Source of the DNA: Clostridiales bacterium
GTDB taxonomy: Bacteria > Bacillota > Clostridia > Christensenellales > CAG-314
NCBI GenBank assembly: GCA_022508305.1
Contig: JAFLVM010000003.1
Coordinates: 39,111-103,110 of the forward strand
Length of the DNA: 64,000 nt
Direction: 5' to 3'
Below are positions 10,925-20,433 of this stretch, in pieces; the stretch's first letter is position 1, and every line of letters starts with the position of its first letter. Below the pieces are notes generated by a model, which worked only from the letters and a program-made list of their open reading frames with translations, searched no databases and was not told where the DNA came from. Position numbers and translations under genes: made by a program.

Positions 10925-12799
10925 ATGTTATTGCAAATAAGGTCGGCGGAATTCAGATACTCCGACGTTACAATTTTCAAAAACGTCAATTTGGACGTCA
11001 ACGAGGGGAACAGCATCGGTCTTGTAGGCGCTAACGGAGCGGGCAAAAGCACGCTTCTTGGTTGCATTGTGGACGAATTGCAGCTGTTTGAGGGCAATAT
11101 TACGCGCAAAAACGGCTTGACGGTGGGCTACCTCAAGCAAAATTGCGATTTCGTCTCGAGCAACACACTGTTTGACGAGATGATGTCCGTATTCGCCTAT
11201 CAAACACAGCTCGTAGAGCAAATTAGGGAAATCGCCGAGCAAATGGCAAGTTGTGACTTCGATAGCATCGAATACAAGGTTCTTGCCGACAAATATCACC
11301 GTCTGACAGTGGAAGCAGACGTTACGGAAGCTTATCAATGCGAGGTCAAGGTCAAGACGGTACTGAACGGTATGGGCATGACTGAGTTCAGCAATAGAGT
11401 AGTGTCCACGCTCTCCGGCGGCGAAAAGACCAAAGCCGCGCTGTGCAAATTACTGTTGCAACGCCCCGAATTGATGATTTTGGACGAACCGACCAACCAC
11501 CTTGACTACAAGACGTTGGACTGGTTGGAAACCTTCCTTTCCGACAAAAAGTCCACGTTGCTCGTCGTTTCACACGACAGATATTTTTTGGACAAGCTTT
11601 GCGACACAATTTGGGACGTGCAGCATCAAAGCGTCACGGCGTACAACGGTAACTACACCAAGTACAAGCTGCTCAAGGCTGAAAGGCAAGAAAACGAACG
11701 CAGAGCATACGAACGTCAACAGCGTGAAATAGCCAAACTGACGGATTACATTCAGCGCAACAAGGTACGCGCGTCCACAGCTGACATGGCGAAGTCACGC
11801 GAAAACGCCTTGAACAAGATGGAAAGGTTTGACGCACCCAAATCAGACGAACGTCCGCCGCGCTTTAAGTTCGGTTATTCGTCGGAGCCGTCGGAATTCC
11901 CTTTGACAATTCAACGTTTAACTCTCGGCTACGACGGCAAGCAACTGTTAAATGACGGCGAACTGCAAATTAGACGCGGACAAAAGGTTGCCTTGCTCGG
12001 ACTCAACGGCGTAGGTAAATCCACCCTAATACGCAGAATTGCCTCTCAAAACCCGCAGGACTACGGCAAAATCGTCTTCGGCAAAAACGTCCGTATGGGC
12101 TACTACGACCAAGAAAATATCAACCTGCAAGCAAATCTTCGTGTAATTGATCAACTGTGGTTTGACAACACGCGTATGTCGCAAACTGAAGTCAGAAATT
12201 TACTTGCGCAGGTGACGTTGGGCGCGGACGACGTGTACAAGCAGGTTGGCGACCTCAGCGGTGGTGAACGCGCCAAGTTGGGCATAGCAATGATAATGGC
12301 AAAGGACTGCAATTTGCTACTGCTTGACGAACCCACGAACCACCTTGACCTGCCCAGTCGCGAGGCTTTGGAAGAGGCTTTGAAAAGCTACACGGGAACG
12401 CTGTTGTACGTTTCTCACGACAGGTATTTTGTCAACAGCGTATCAAACGTCATTGCCGAACTCAACGACTGTAAGTTGACGGTATACGAGGGCAACTACG
12501 ACGATTTTTTGAACCGCAAAAACACGCCTTCCGAACCCGTGAAGCCCGTTGCAAAACCTGCTCAGTCAACCTACCGCAACGCCAAGCAACGCGCCGACGA
12601 AACCAATCGCGCTAAGAAAATAAAGGAATTGGAAAAGCGTATCACCGAACTGGAAATGGAAGTAGAGCAGCTGAACGGGCAAATGGCGCTTCCCGAAATT
12701 GCTGCCGACTACTCTAAACTGTCGCAGGTTATGGAACGCTTGAAGCAAGCAAACGCCGAACTGGAACAAACACTTTCCGAATGGGAAAATCTAGCGTAA
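10925..12799 (+). CDS. ABC-F family ATP-binding protein
   Basis: Two ABC cassettes (GANGAGKS / GLNGVGKS, LSGGE, DEPTNHLD), no TM segments, C-terminal coiled coil. Confidence 0.92.
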   Translation: MLLQIRSAEFRYSDVTIFKNVNLDVNEGNSIGLVGANGAGKSTLLGCIVDELQLFEGNITRKNGLTVGYLKQNCDFVSSNTLFDEMMSVFAYQTQLVEQIREIAEQMASCDFDSIEYKVLADKYHRLTVEADVTEAYQCEVKVKTVLNGMGMTEFSNRVVSTLSGGEKTKAALCKLLLQRPELMILDEPTNHLDYKTLDWLETFLSDKKSTLLVVSHDRYFLDKLCDTIWDVQHQSVTAYNGNYTKYKLLKAERQENERRAYERQQREIAKLTDYIQRNKVRASTADMAKSRENALNKMERFDAPKSDERPPRFKFGYSSEPSEFPLTIQRLTLGYDGKQLLNDGELQIRRGQKVALLGLNGVGKSTLIRRIASQNPQDYGKIVFGKNVRMGYYDQENINLQANLRVIDQLWFDNTRMSQTEVRNLLAQVTLGADDVYKQVGDLSGGERAKLGIAMIMAKDCNLLLLDEPTNHLDLPSREALEEALKSYTGTLLYVSHDRYFVNSVSNVIAELNDCKLTVYEGNYDDFLNRKNTPSEPVKPVAKPAQSTYRNAKQRADETNRAKKIKELEKRITELEMEVEQLNGQMALPEIAADYSKLSQVMERLKQANAELEQTLSEWENLA

Positions 12800-12800
12800 A

Positions 12801-12828
12801 AAGCCACAGTGGTAAAACACCGTGGCTT
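12801..12828. terminator. Hairpin terminator between convergent genes
   Basis: AAGCCACAGTG...CACCGTGGCTT. Confidence 0.65.
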
Positions 12829-12858
12829 ATCTAATATTTCATCTACTATTTACCAATA

Positions 12859-13191
12859 TTAATTATTTGTCCGTTTTGACAAGATATATTCCGCGTAGTT
12901 ATATACTTCCTTTTTTTCGCGACTGTCAAGCTTTGAAAACAAGGCAAGCGTCTTTTTCTCTTCCTGTGTTAAAGTAGTGGTTATGTTGATATTTCCTAAA
13001 TCGTTTTCTCGACCCAAAATATAGTCAGTAGTACATTCAAAGCAATCGGCAAGCGCAGTTAAGAAATACACGGAAGGCTCACTGACACCGCGTTCCCAGA
13101 AGTCTATCGCTTTTTGACTACAATTTATTTTTTCGGCAAGATCACGCTTACTCAAATTGTGTTCTAATCTCAAAGACTGTATTCTCAGCAT
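12859..13191 (-). CDS. XRE-family HTH transcriptional regulator
   Basis: Start reassigned to ATG 13191 behind RBS GAAGGAGG; LSKRDLAEKINCSQKAIDFWERG...ALADCFECTTDYILG. Confidence 0.88.
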   Translation of the reverse strand: MLRIQSLRLEHNLSKRDLAEKINCSQKAIDFWERGVSEPSVYFLTALADCFECTTDYILGRENDLGNINITTTLTQEEKKTLALFSKLDSREKKEVYNYAEYILSKRTNN

Positions 13192-13307
13192 ATTGCTACC
13201 TCCTTCTATATAATAGAAAAATTTTTCCATTAAAATATTGACAAGGAAGAAACATTCTATTACAATTATGAAAAAAATAGAAAAATATTTCCAAAGGAGA
13301 AAATTGT

Positions 13308-13940
13308 ATGAGTGAATCACAAAACGAAACTTCTGTAAGAAGTGAAAATAGTAGAAAAGGATTACCAAAATTTGCAATAGCGATTTGCTATATTCTGTTA
13401 GTTGTTTTGCTATTAGTAGGAATTTTTTTTGGAGTCAGAACTTACGGTGATATGCAAATGAGAACGTCAGTAGGCTATGCGCTTGGAGCAAGAAAAAGTT
13501 TTAGTATATTTATGGCTCTCAATGAACGTGAAATGGACAACGTAACTATCACTGTCATCAATCAGAGCGAAGACAGTTTGACGTTGTTGCCAGAGAATAT
13601 GTTGCGTCGCATATCTATTGAGCTCCGTTATATGCAATTTATAAAACTGCCCAGTGGTGGGTCTGAAACGAGATATGACACTCTAAAGGAAACGATTATA
13701 GAATTTGCTAACGAGGAAAGCGCAAATGAGTATTTTAATGAAATAGAAAAGAACGAAACACGCGATCAATTTGTACTTCACCGTTATTACTTTGATTTGG
13801 TACCAGAGGAAGAACTTGTATATAATAGTGGCGATCTTGATACAGAAGAGTTCAATGCTCATCTCAGAAGTTATGCGGTGATGGATATCAGAAGAGTTGC
13901 AACAGGCTTTGGACCATTCATTTATAAAATTTTTGGATAA
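13308..13940 (+). CDS. Hypothetical protein with a single N-terminal TM anchor
   Basis: RBS AAGGAG; hydrophobic stretch near aa 22-43; AT-rich. Confidence 0.7.
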   Translation: MSESQNETSVRSENSRKGLPKFAIAICYILLVVLLLVGIFFGVRTYGDMQMRTSVGYALGARKSFSIFMALNEREMDNVTITVINQSEDSLTLLPENMLRRISIELRYMQFIKLPSGGSETRYDTLKETIIEFANEESANEYFNEIEKNETRDQFVLHRYYFDLVPEEELVYNSGDLDTEEFNAHLRSYAVMDIRRVATGFGPFIYKIFG

Positions 13941-13959
13941 GAGGTACTAAGGCGGGAAG

Positions 13960-14490
13960 GTGAAAAAAATGAGTAAGACTGAAAAAAAATCACAAAAAAA
14001 ATTATTAGTTTTTGCAATTATAGTTGCTGCAGTAATTGTGGTTGCTTTTGTTCCAACGATATATCAAAGTTTAATGAACAAACGTGACGTCTCCGTATTA
14101 TTTGATAAATACGGTTTTTCCTATACAGTGACTAATAATTCGCATGTTCTTGTATCATGTAACCAATGCGAAAACGTTAGTGTGCTCGAGAGAGAACGTA
14201 GAGATCGGATTATTTGTCCTGAATGCGCAAGTTCAAGCGTCGATAAATACTATATAAACTACGTATATACTTTTTACAAGATCACTGTTACGGGAGAAGA
14301 GGGCGAGGAAGAACTACTTTTGGAAGGAGGGACGGTGTATGTCTTTGATTCTACTGATTATAAAAAAGCGTATTCTATTCTCAAAGAAAGCAATGACGAT
14401 AAGGTAATTCTTGCGAAAAGATACCATGTATTCGTTTTAAATAATCAACCGAGTGAATACCTGTCAAAAGTTATTGATAAACTCGTGTAA
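13960..14490 (+). CDS. Hypothetical membrane-anchored protein with a CxxC...CxxC zinc-ribbon-like motif
   Basis: N-terminal TM; CNQC and CPEC. Confidence 0.7.
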   Translation: MKKMSKTEKKSQKKLLVFAIIVAAVIVVAFVPTIYQSLMNKRDVSVLFDKYGFSYTVTNNSHVLVSCNQCENVSVLERERRDRIICPECASSSVDKYYINYVYTFYKITVTGEEGEEELLLEGGTVYVFDSTDYKKAYSILKESNDDKVILAKRYHVFVLNNQPSEYLSKVIDKLV

Positions 14491-14682
14491 ATTATAGATA
14501 CAATGATAAAAGCAAATAAATCAAACAAACTAAATTATGAACAAAGACACGGTTTGCTCCGTGTCTTTTCAGTTTAAATTTTTTTTGCAAACAAAAGAGA
14601 CATTTTTAACCTATTGCAAATTGCAGTTCATTGTGATAAAATTTAGTTTAGTATCTTATTTAATAAAATCAAGCAGGACGAA

Positions 14683-15387
14683 ATGAAAATAGCGTTAGTG
14701 ACGGGTGGCTCGCGTGGAATAGGCGCGGCAACCGTTGAAAAATTTGCAAGAGAAAATTTTACCGTAATTCTCAATTACAACAAGAGTGCTGAACTTGCGG
14801 AAAATCTCAAAAAAAAGCTTGTTGCGGCGGGCTGTGACGTTCACCTGTACCAAGCGAACGTGTCCAACTGTAAGCAGGTTGAGGCAATGTTTGCTTGGGT
14901 TGGCAAGTATTTCAAAAAGTTGGACGTACTTGTCAACAACGCAGGAATTTCGCTTGTCAAGCAGTTGCAGGACGTGACCGAAGCGGAATTTGACAGCGTT
15001 GTAAGTACCAACGCAAAAAGCGCGTTTTTCTGCTGTCAGCAGGCGTTGCCACTGCTTACGCGTAGCGACAGGGGTTCAATCGTAAACGTGTCGTCAATAT
15101 TTGGACTTACGGGCGCAAGCTGCGAGAGCGCGTACAGTATGAGCAAGTTTGCGGTAGTGGGTTTGACCAAGAGCCTTGCAGAGGAATTGCAGCCTCTCAA
15201 TATCACCGTTAACTGTGTTTGCCCGCCAATAGTGCTAACAAATATGTCAGCTCATCTTTCGGATCAGGACGTTTCGGATTTTTGCAAAAGGCATAACACA
15301 AAGGCGTTTACGCCTAATCAGGTAGCAGAGGATATTTTCACCTTGGCAGTAGGTGGTAAAACAGGAATAATTTTAGAGGAGAAATAG
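14683..15387 (+). CDS. Short-chain dehydrogenase/reductase (FabG/YmfI-like)
   Basis: TGGSRGIG, NNAG, YxxxK (YSMSK). Confidence 0.9.
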   Translation: MKIALVTGGSRGIGAATVEKFARENFTVILNYNKSAELAENLKKKLVAAGCDVHLYQANVSNCKQVEAMFAWVGKYFKKLDVLVNNAGISLVKQLQDVTEAEFDSVVSTNAKSAFFCCQQALPLLTRSDRGSIVNVSSIFGLTGASCESAYSMSKFAVVGLTKSLAEELQPLNITVNCVCPPIVLTNMSAHLSDQDVSDFCKRHNTKAFTPNQVAEDIFTLAVGGKTGIILEEK

Positions 15388-15390
15388 ATT

Positions 15391-16353
15391 ATGGAATGGT
15401 ACTTCATCGTATTGATCGTTTTGGGCGGCGTAGTTGCGCTATTCGGCTTATATATGATTTTTGCGGCTGTAATTGCAAAGGCAACGTTGAAAGCGGCGTC
15501 TACACCCAAGGCTCACTCGTTAGAGGACGCTCGTTCTCATCAGGCGGAAGTGGAAGGTTACGATTTCGGCGACTACGACAGCAAATGGCGCAAGCAGGAC
15601 TTTGAACTTGACGGAACACGCGGCAAATTGCGCGGAGAGGTTATATTCAACGACAGCGTTGACAAGGGCTCGCGCGTAAAGGTGGCAGTGTTATGCCACG
15701 GACACACCTGGAACAGACTTACGGCGTTGAAATACGCAAACATTTTCTACGCCAAGGGTTACAATTTGGTAATTTACGATCACGCATATTTCGGCGTGTC
15801 GGACGGCGATCACACGACGATAGGCGGCAAGGAGAGCCACGACCTCAACACGGTACTCGATCACGTACGCGGAATTTTCGGTAAAGATGCCCTGTTGGCT
15901 CTTCATGGCGAAAGCATGGGCGCGGCAACGGTCTTGCTTGAACTGGGCTTGCGTGACGATATCGATTTTGTTGTAGCCGATTGCCCGTTCTCCAACACAA
16001 TGAGCTACTACCGCGAACTTTGCAAGAAGGTGACGCATCTTCCAAGCTTCCCAATAGTGGATTTTGCAAACGTTATGGCTAAACGCAAGTACGGCTACGA
16101 TTTTACAAAGGTCAACCCCATTGACGCAGTGGCATCAAGTAAAGCTCCAATATGCTTTATTCACGGTAATGCTGACGACTTCATCAACATGCATCACAGT
16201 CAGGACATGCACAAGGTCAGCGCAAATCCCCTGTCGGAAATACACATCGTTGAGGGCGCCGCGCACGCAGAAAGCTACAAGACGGACAAAGACCAATACG
16301 CTCAAATCGTTAACGCGTTTATCGACAAGGTAGAGGCGAGTTTCAAACAATAA
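15391..16353 (+). CDS. Membrane-anchored alpha/beta hydrolase
   Basis: N-terminal TM, HG, GESMG nucleophile elbow, HGNADD, AAHA. Confidence 0.88.
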   Translation: MEWYFIVLIVLGGVVALFGLYMIFAAVIAKATLKAASTPKAHSLEDARSHQAEVEGYDFGDYDSKWRKQDFELDGTRGKLRGEVIFNDSVDKGSRVKVAVLCHGHTWNRLTALKYANIFYAKGYNLVIYDHAYFGVSDGDHTTIGGKESHDLNTVLDHVRGIFGKDALLALHGESMGAATVLLELGLRDDIDFVVADCPFSNTMSYYRELCKKVTHLPSFPIVDFANVMAKRKYGYDFTKVNPIDAVASSKAPICFIHGNADDFINMHHSQDMHKVSANPLSEIHIVEGAAHAESYKTDKDQYAQIVNAFIDKVEASFKQ

Positions 16354-16365
16354 AGGAGTAAATTT

Positions 16366-18042
16366 ATGGTAAAAATTTCCGAAATAAAGTACACCCGTCC
16401 CAACAAAGACGAGGTGATGTCTAAACTTGCGGAATTCAAGCGCCGTTTTGAAAATGCCAAGACGGTAGAGGAATTTTACGCAATTCACGATGAATACAAA
16501 GCTTACGACGAGCAGATGGGCACCAACATTCGTATTGCTTTTATTCGCTTCACACAGGACACTCGCGACGAGTTTTACGCCGCCGAGCAGGACTATCTTG
16601 ACGAGATAGGACCTGAAATATCCGTAGCTAACGCGGACATTGCGAAATGCTATCTAACTTCCCCCTTCCGCAAGGAGTTGGAAAAGCGTTTTCCCAAGGT
16701 TCTGTTTACCAATTTGCAAATGGCAGTGGATGCAAACGACCCTCGAATTGTCGCCGAGCGAGTAGAGGAAAACAAGCTCACGACGGCTTACACCAAACTC
16801 ATGAGCGGTATTGTCATTGACTTCAACGGGGAAAAGCTCCCCATGAGCGGAATGGGCAAATATTTTACTGTGGAAGACCGCAAAATACGCAAGGCCGCCT
16901 ATATAGCATGGGGACAGGCAATTGAGGACAACAAGGATCAGCTTGACGATATTTACGACAAGCTTGTAAAGGTTCGTACGGAGATGGGCAGAAAACTCGG
17001 TTACGAAAACTTTTCGCCATTGGGCTACCTTCAAATGCAACGCAACTGCTACACCAAGGAAGATATTGCCAAGTTCCGTGAAAACGTGTTGAAGTATCTC
17101 GTGCCTCTTGCGTCAAAAATCCGCGCCAAGGTGGGTAAGGACTTAGGTGTCAAGAAGCAGTACATTTACGACAACGGCGTGTTTACCAAGGCGGAACCCA
17201 AACCCATAGGAACGCCGGACGAGCTTTTCGCCAACGCTTCCAAGATGTACAATCAAATGTCACCTGAAACGGGCAAGCTGTTCGACACAATGGTGGCAAG
17301 CGAGTGCTTTGACGTAATGTCCCGCGAAGGCAAGTGGGGTGGCGGCTACTGCGAAGGTCTACCCGCCTACAAGTTGCCCTTTATTCTGTCCAACTGGAAC
17401 GGTTCTGCAGGCGACATAGACGTGTTGACGCACGAGTTCGGTCATGCGCTCGAGTTCTACAAGTCGTTCTTTATTGAGAGCGAATTTTTGAGCAGCATTT
17501 CAATGGAAACGGCAGAAGTGCACTCTATGTCAATGGAATTTTTAGCGTACCCGTGGATTGACCTTTTCTTTGGCGACAAAACGCCCGAGTACAAGTTTAC
17601 GCATATCGGTGGCGCGGTAACGTTCATTCCCTACGGCACGATAGTGGACTACTTCCAACAAACCTGCTACGACAATCCCGACATGACGCCTGCCGAGCGT
17701 AACGCTTTCTTCAACAAAATAGAAAAGCAATTCTTGCCGCATATGACTACGGAAGGCATACCCGCCTTCCAAGACGGACGCCGTTGGCAACGTCAGGCGC
17801 ACATTTTCGAAAGTCCTTTCTATTACATTGACTACTGTTTGGCGCAGTTCACAGCGTTGCAATTCTTGGCGCTGTCACAACAAGACTACGAGGCAACCTT
17901 TGCCAAGTACAACAAGTTCCTAAACTACGGCGGAACAAAAACCTTTGTGGAATTGCTTGACGCTTGCGGATTGCTGTCACCCTTCGAGGAAGAAAGCTTC
18001 AAGCTAGTGGTTGCTTCTTGCGAGAAAATACTCGGTTTGTAA
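16366..18042 (+). CDS. M3 family oligoendopeptidase
   Basis: HEFGH zinc motif, ETAEVHSM, HIFESPFYYIDY. Confidence 0.92.
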   Translation: MVKISEIKYTRPNKDEVMSKLAEFKRRFENAKTVEEFYAIHDEYKAYDEQMGTNIRIAFIRFTQDTRDEFYAAEQDYLDEIGPEISVANADIAKCYLTSPFRKELEKRFPKVLFTNLQMAVDANDPRIVAERVEENKLTTAYTKLMSGIVIDFNGEKLPMSGMGKYFTVEDRKIRKAAYIAWGQAIEDNKDQLDDIYDKLVKVRTEMGRKLGYENFSPLGYLQMQRNCYTKEDIAKFRENVLKYLVPLASKIRAKVGKDLGVKKQYIYDNGVFTKAEPKPIGTPDELFANASKMYNQMSPETGKLFDTMVASECFDVMSREGKWGGGYCEGLPAYKLPFILSNWNGSAGDIDVLTHEFGHALEFYKSFFIESEFLSSISMETAEVHSMSMEFLAYPWIDLFFGDKTPEYKFTHIGGAVTFIPYGTIVDYFQQTCYDNPDMTPAERNAFFNKIEKQFLPHMTTEGIPAFQDGRRWQRQAHIFESPFYYIDYCLAQFTALQFLALSQQDYEATFAKYNKFLNYGGTKTFVELLDACGLLSPFEEESFKLVVASCEKILGL

Positions 18043-18238
18043 AACAAACGGCTAAAATCACGGATACGTATACTCAATTAGTAACACATCAACAAAAAAT
18101 TCTTACCGATAAATCGGTAAGGTAATCTAATAAGTGAAAATAAAACGGCATAAACGTTACAGTTTAAGCCGTTTTTTTTTGCATTATTAAGTGTTTTAAG
18201 AATTTTATTCTACTTATTCAAGTCAATTTTTACTTCAT

Positions 18239-18661
18239 TTATGCGTTTGTTTGCTTGGGTATCATAGGTCTCACGTGAGGCTTGCGTTGTACAACTTCCT
18301 CAATGAGTTTTTGTATCGCCTCGTCACGCTTGTCACTGTCAAGCTTGTTCAATTCTTCGATTTGCTTCATCACCTTGGGGTTGCGCGTAACGAAAACGTG
18401 GTCAACCTCACATTCTTCCTTGATTTTTTCGCGCATACTGTTTACGTATTCGTCATATTGGCTTTTTGACGTAAATTTTTCCGTTTTGATTGCTACAACG
18501 CACGCGCGTTCGTAAACAACGCATTTTGCGTCCGTTACTTTGTCGTCGGCTTTTGCAAGTTGGCATATTTTTTGTTCCGTTGCCGTCTCTGCAAAAACGA
18601 CTTGACCCAAACATAGCGCTATGGTTGCAACAAGCAATATTGCAAGTAGTAATTTTTTCAT
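18239..18661 (-). CDS. YhcN/YlaJ-like sporulation protein (exported)
   Basis: Signal-like N-terminus, VTDAKCVVY...VAI and VFVTRNP pattern, RBS AAGGAGG. Confidence 0.6.
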   Translation of the reverse strand: MKKLLLAILLVATIALCLGQVVFAETATEQKICQLAKADDKVTDAKCVVYERACVVAIKTEKFTSKSQYDEYVNSMREKIKEECEVDHVFVTRNPKVMKQIEELNKLDSDKRDEAIQKLIEEVVQRKPHVRPMIPKQTNA

Positions 18662-18858
18662 AATTACCTCCTTTCTTTTCAGGTAGTATTTGTAACGGTC
18701 AGAAATTTATACATAAAATATTATAATAATCGTCACACACACTCGTTTTTGTCTGTAACTTTGACAATACTGTGTTTTCCTACTAAGATTTCAATTATTT
18801 ATAATTTTATCTCTATTTCGCCAACAGCAATGACCTACAATGGCTACAAGAGGTGCGT

Positions 18859-19032
18859 ATGGAAAAGGTTTTGCCGGTAATCATCATTTGCGGAGTAGGT
18901 ATTGCGCTGTGTTTAGCGTACATTTTGTCACTGACTGTCAAGGCGCTACGCAACCGTCCTCGTCGTAAGCGTGAATTTGAAATTGAAGAAAACGTGCTGA
19001 CTATCAAATTGGGCAGGCGCAAAAAAAAGTAA
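18859..19032 (+). CDS. 57-aa small membrane protein (absent from ORF track)
   Basis: RBS GAGGTG; MEKVLPVIIICGVGIALCLAYILSLTVKALRNRPRRKREFEIEENVLTIKLGRRKKK: one TM plus basic tail. Confidence 0.6.
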   Translation: MEKVLPVIIICGVGIALCLAYILSLTVKALRNRPRRKREFEIEENVLTIKLGRRKKK

Positions 19033-19207
19033 GCTCGGGCATCCCCTCAAAAAAGGGTTCACTTCGCGCGAACTATCCCTTGCAGGGCGAGGTTGTTTTT
19101 ATCATTGATTTATTTTTTTCATATATATTGAAATGCCTTATAATTTATGTTATAATTGTACTGTTATTTGTCTTGAATAACGTATCAACGATTCGGAGGA
19201 AAAAATA

Positions 19208-19858
19208 ATGACAAAAAAAGAAATTGCTGCTTTGATTGACCATACTCTTTTGAAACCTGCAACAAACGCTCAAATCGTAACCTTGTGCGCTGAGGCAAAA
19301 GAACACGGCTTTGCGTCCGTGTGCGTCAATCCCTGTCACGTTAAGACTGCCGCTAAAGAACTTGCAGGAAGCAAAGTAAAAGTTTGCACCGTTGTAGGTT
19401 TCCCCTTGGGTGAGAACACCGTAAAGGCAAAAGTTTTTGAAACGAAAGAAGCAATAAAGAACGGCGCTACGGAAATTGACATGGTTATCAATCAATCCTT
19501 GGCAAAATCCAACGCTTGGAAAAAGGTACAAAAAGAGGTCGCCGCTGTAAAGAAAGCTTGCGGTGAAATCCTTTTGAAGGTTATTCTTGAAACTTGCAAT
19601 TTGTCCAGAAAGCAAATCGTTGCCGCTTGTAATGCATGTGTTGCTGCCGGCGCGCAATTCGTAAAGACCAGCACAGGCTTTGGCAGCGGCGGAGCAACGG
19701 TAGAGGCGGTAAGTATTATGGCTGACACGGTACACCCCCACGGACTGAAGGTTAAGGCAAGCGGTGGCGTTCACAACTACGAAGAAGCGCTCGAAATGGT
19801 CAAAAACGGCGCCGACCGCATTGGCGCAAGCTGCGGCGTGGCAATCTGCAAAGAATAG
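19208..19858 (+). CDS. deoC: Deoxyribose-phosphate aldolase
   Basis: IDHTLLKP, VGFPLG, EIDMVI, LKVILET, FVKTSTG, KASGG, RIGAS. Confidence 0.96.
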   Translation: MTKKEIAALIDHTLLKPATNAQIVTLCAEAKEHGFASVCVNPCHVKTAAKELAGSKVKVCTVVGFPLGENTVKAKVFETKEAIKNGATEIDMVINQSLAKSNAWKKVQKEVAAVKKACGEILLKVILETCNLSRKQIVAACNACVAAGAQFVKTSTGFGSGGATVEAVSIMADTVHPHGLKVKASGGVHNYEEALEMVKNGADRIGASCGVAICKE

Positions 19859-19931
19859 TTAGATACGCCTCGCCTACCTCACTTATAAATGTTTAAACGA
19901 TATATGATATAAATTATAATCAACAAAATTA

Positions 19932-19962
19932 AAAAGGCTTGTGAATTTTCACAAGCTTTTTT
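19932..19962. terminator. Bidirectional terminator (deoC / tRNA-Arg)
   Basis: AAAAGGCTTGTGAA-TT-TTCACAAGCTTTTTT. Confidence 0.8.
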
Positions 19963-19966
19963 GTGT

Positions 19967-19984
19967 TGGTGGTGGGACTTGAAC
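19967..19984 (-). repeat. Inverted 18-bp copy of the tRNA-Leu 3' end
   Basis: Reverse complement GTTCAAGTCCCACCACCA is identical to 20343-20360. Confidence 0.85.
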
Positions 19985-20048
19985 TCTTTGTCGTTTCTGC
20001 TTTGTCGAAACGCGTTGTCTTAGATTAAGTAGTACTGATTTTGCGTAA

Positions 20049-20124
20049 TGGTCTACCTGCCGGGATTCGAACCCGGAACGATGCCGTCGGAGGGCATTAT
20101 TTTATCCAATTAGACTACAGGTAG
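20049..20124 (-). tRNA. tRNA-Arg(CCG)
   Basis: Acceptor CTACCTG/CAGGTAG, anticodon arm ATGCC-CT CCG AC-GGCAT, T-loop TTCGAAT, encoded CCA. Confidence 0.9.
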
Positions 20125-20280
20125 TTATGTGCGATTATAATATTACTTTATAATTATAACATACAATTGTTAGGTAGGCAATTAAATAATTTGTTGTAAT
20201 CAGAACAAAAAAATTGCTAAAAGTGGTGCAAAACTGTTGATAAATCTATCTTTTTATGTTATATTAAGTAAGCAATTCGT

Positions 20281-20366
20281 GCTGGTGTGGTGGAATGGCA
20301 GACGCGTCGGACTCAAAATCCGATGTTGGTGACAACGTGTGGGTTCAAGTCCCACCACCAGCACCA
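20281..20366 (+). tRNA. tRNA-Leu(CAA)
   Basis: Acceptor GCTGGTG/CACCAGC, anticodon arm TCGGA-CT CAA AA-TCCGA, long variable arm, TTCAAGT, CCA. Confidence 0.96.
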
Positions 20367-20433
20367 AAAAAGGGCTATGATTTTGATATAAATCATCGTC
20401 CTTTTTCACTTTTACAAATAAAATGAGGAAATT

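Noticed and set aside
20049-20124. Atypical tRNA(CCG) (weak D-stem, A37) as a sign of CGG codon reassignment
   Set aside because: Arg identity elements A20 and A73 are present, and CGG at 51777-79 encodes the conserved Arg of the EAARIDG permease motif.
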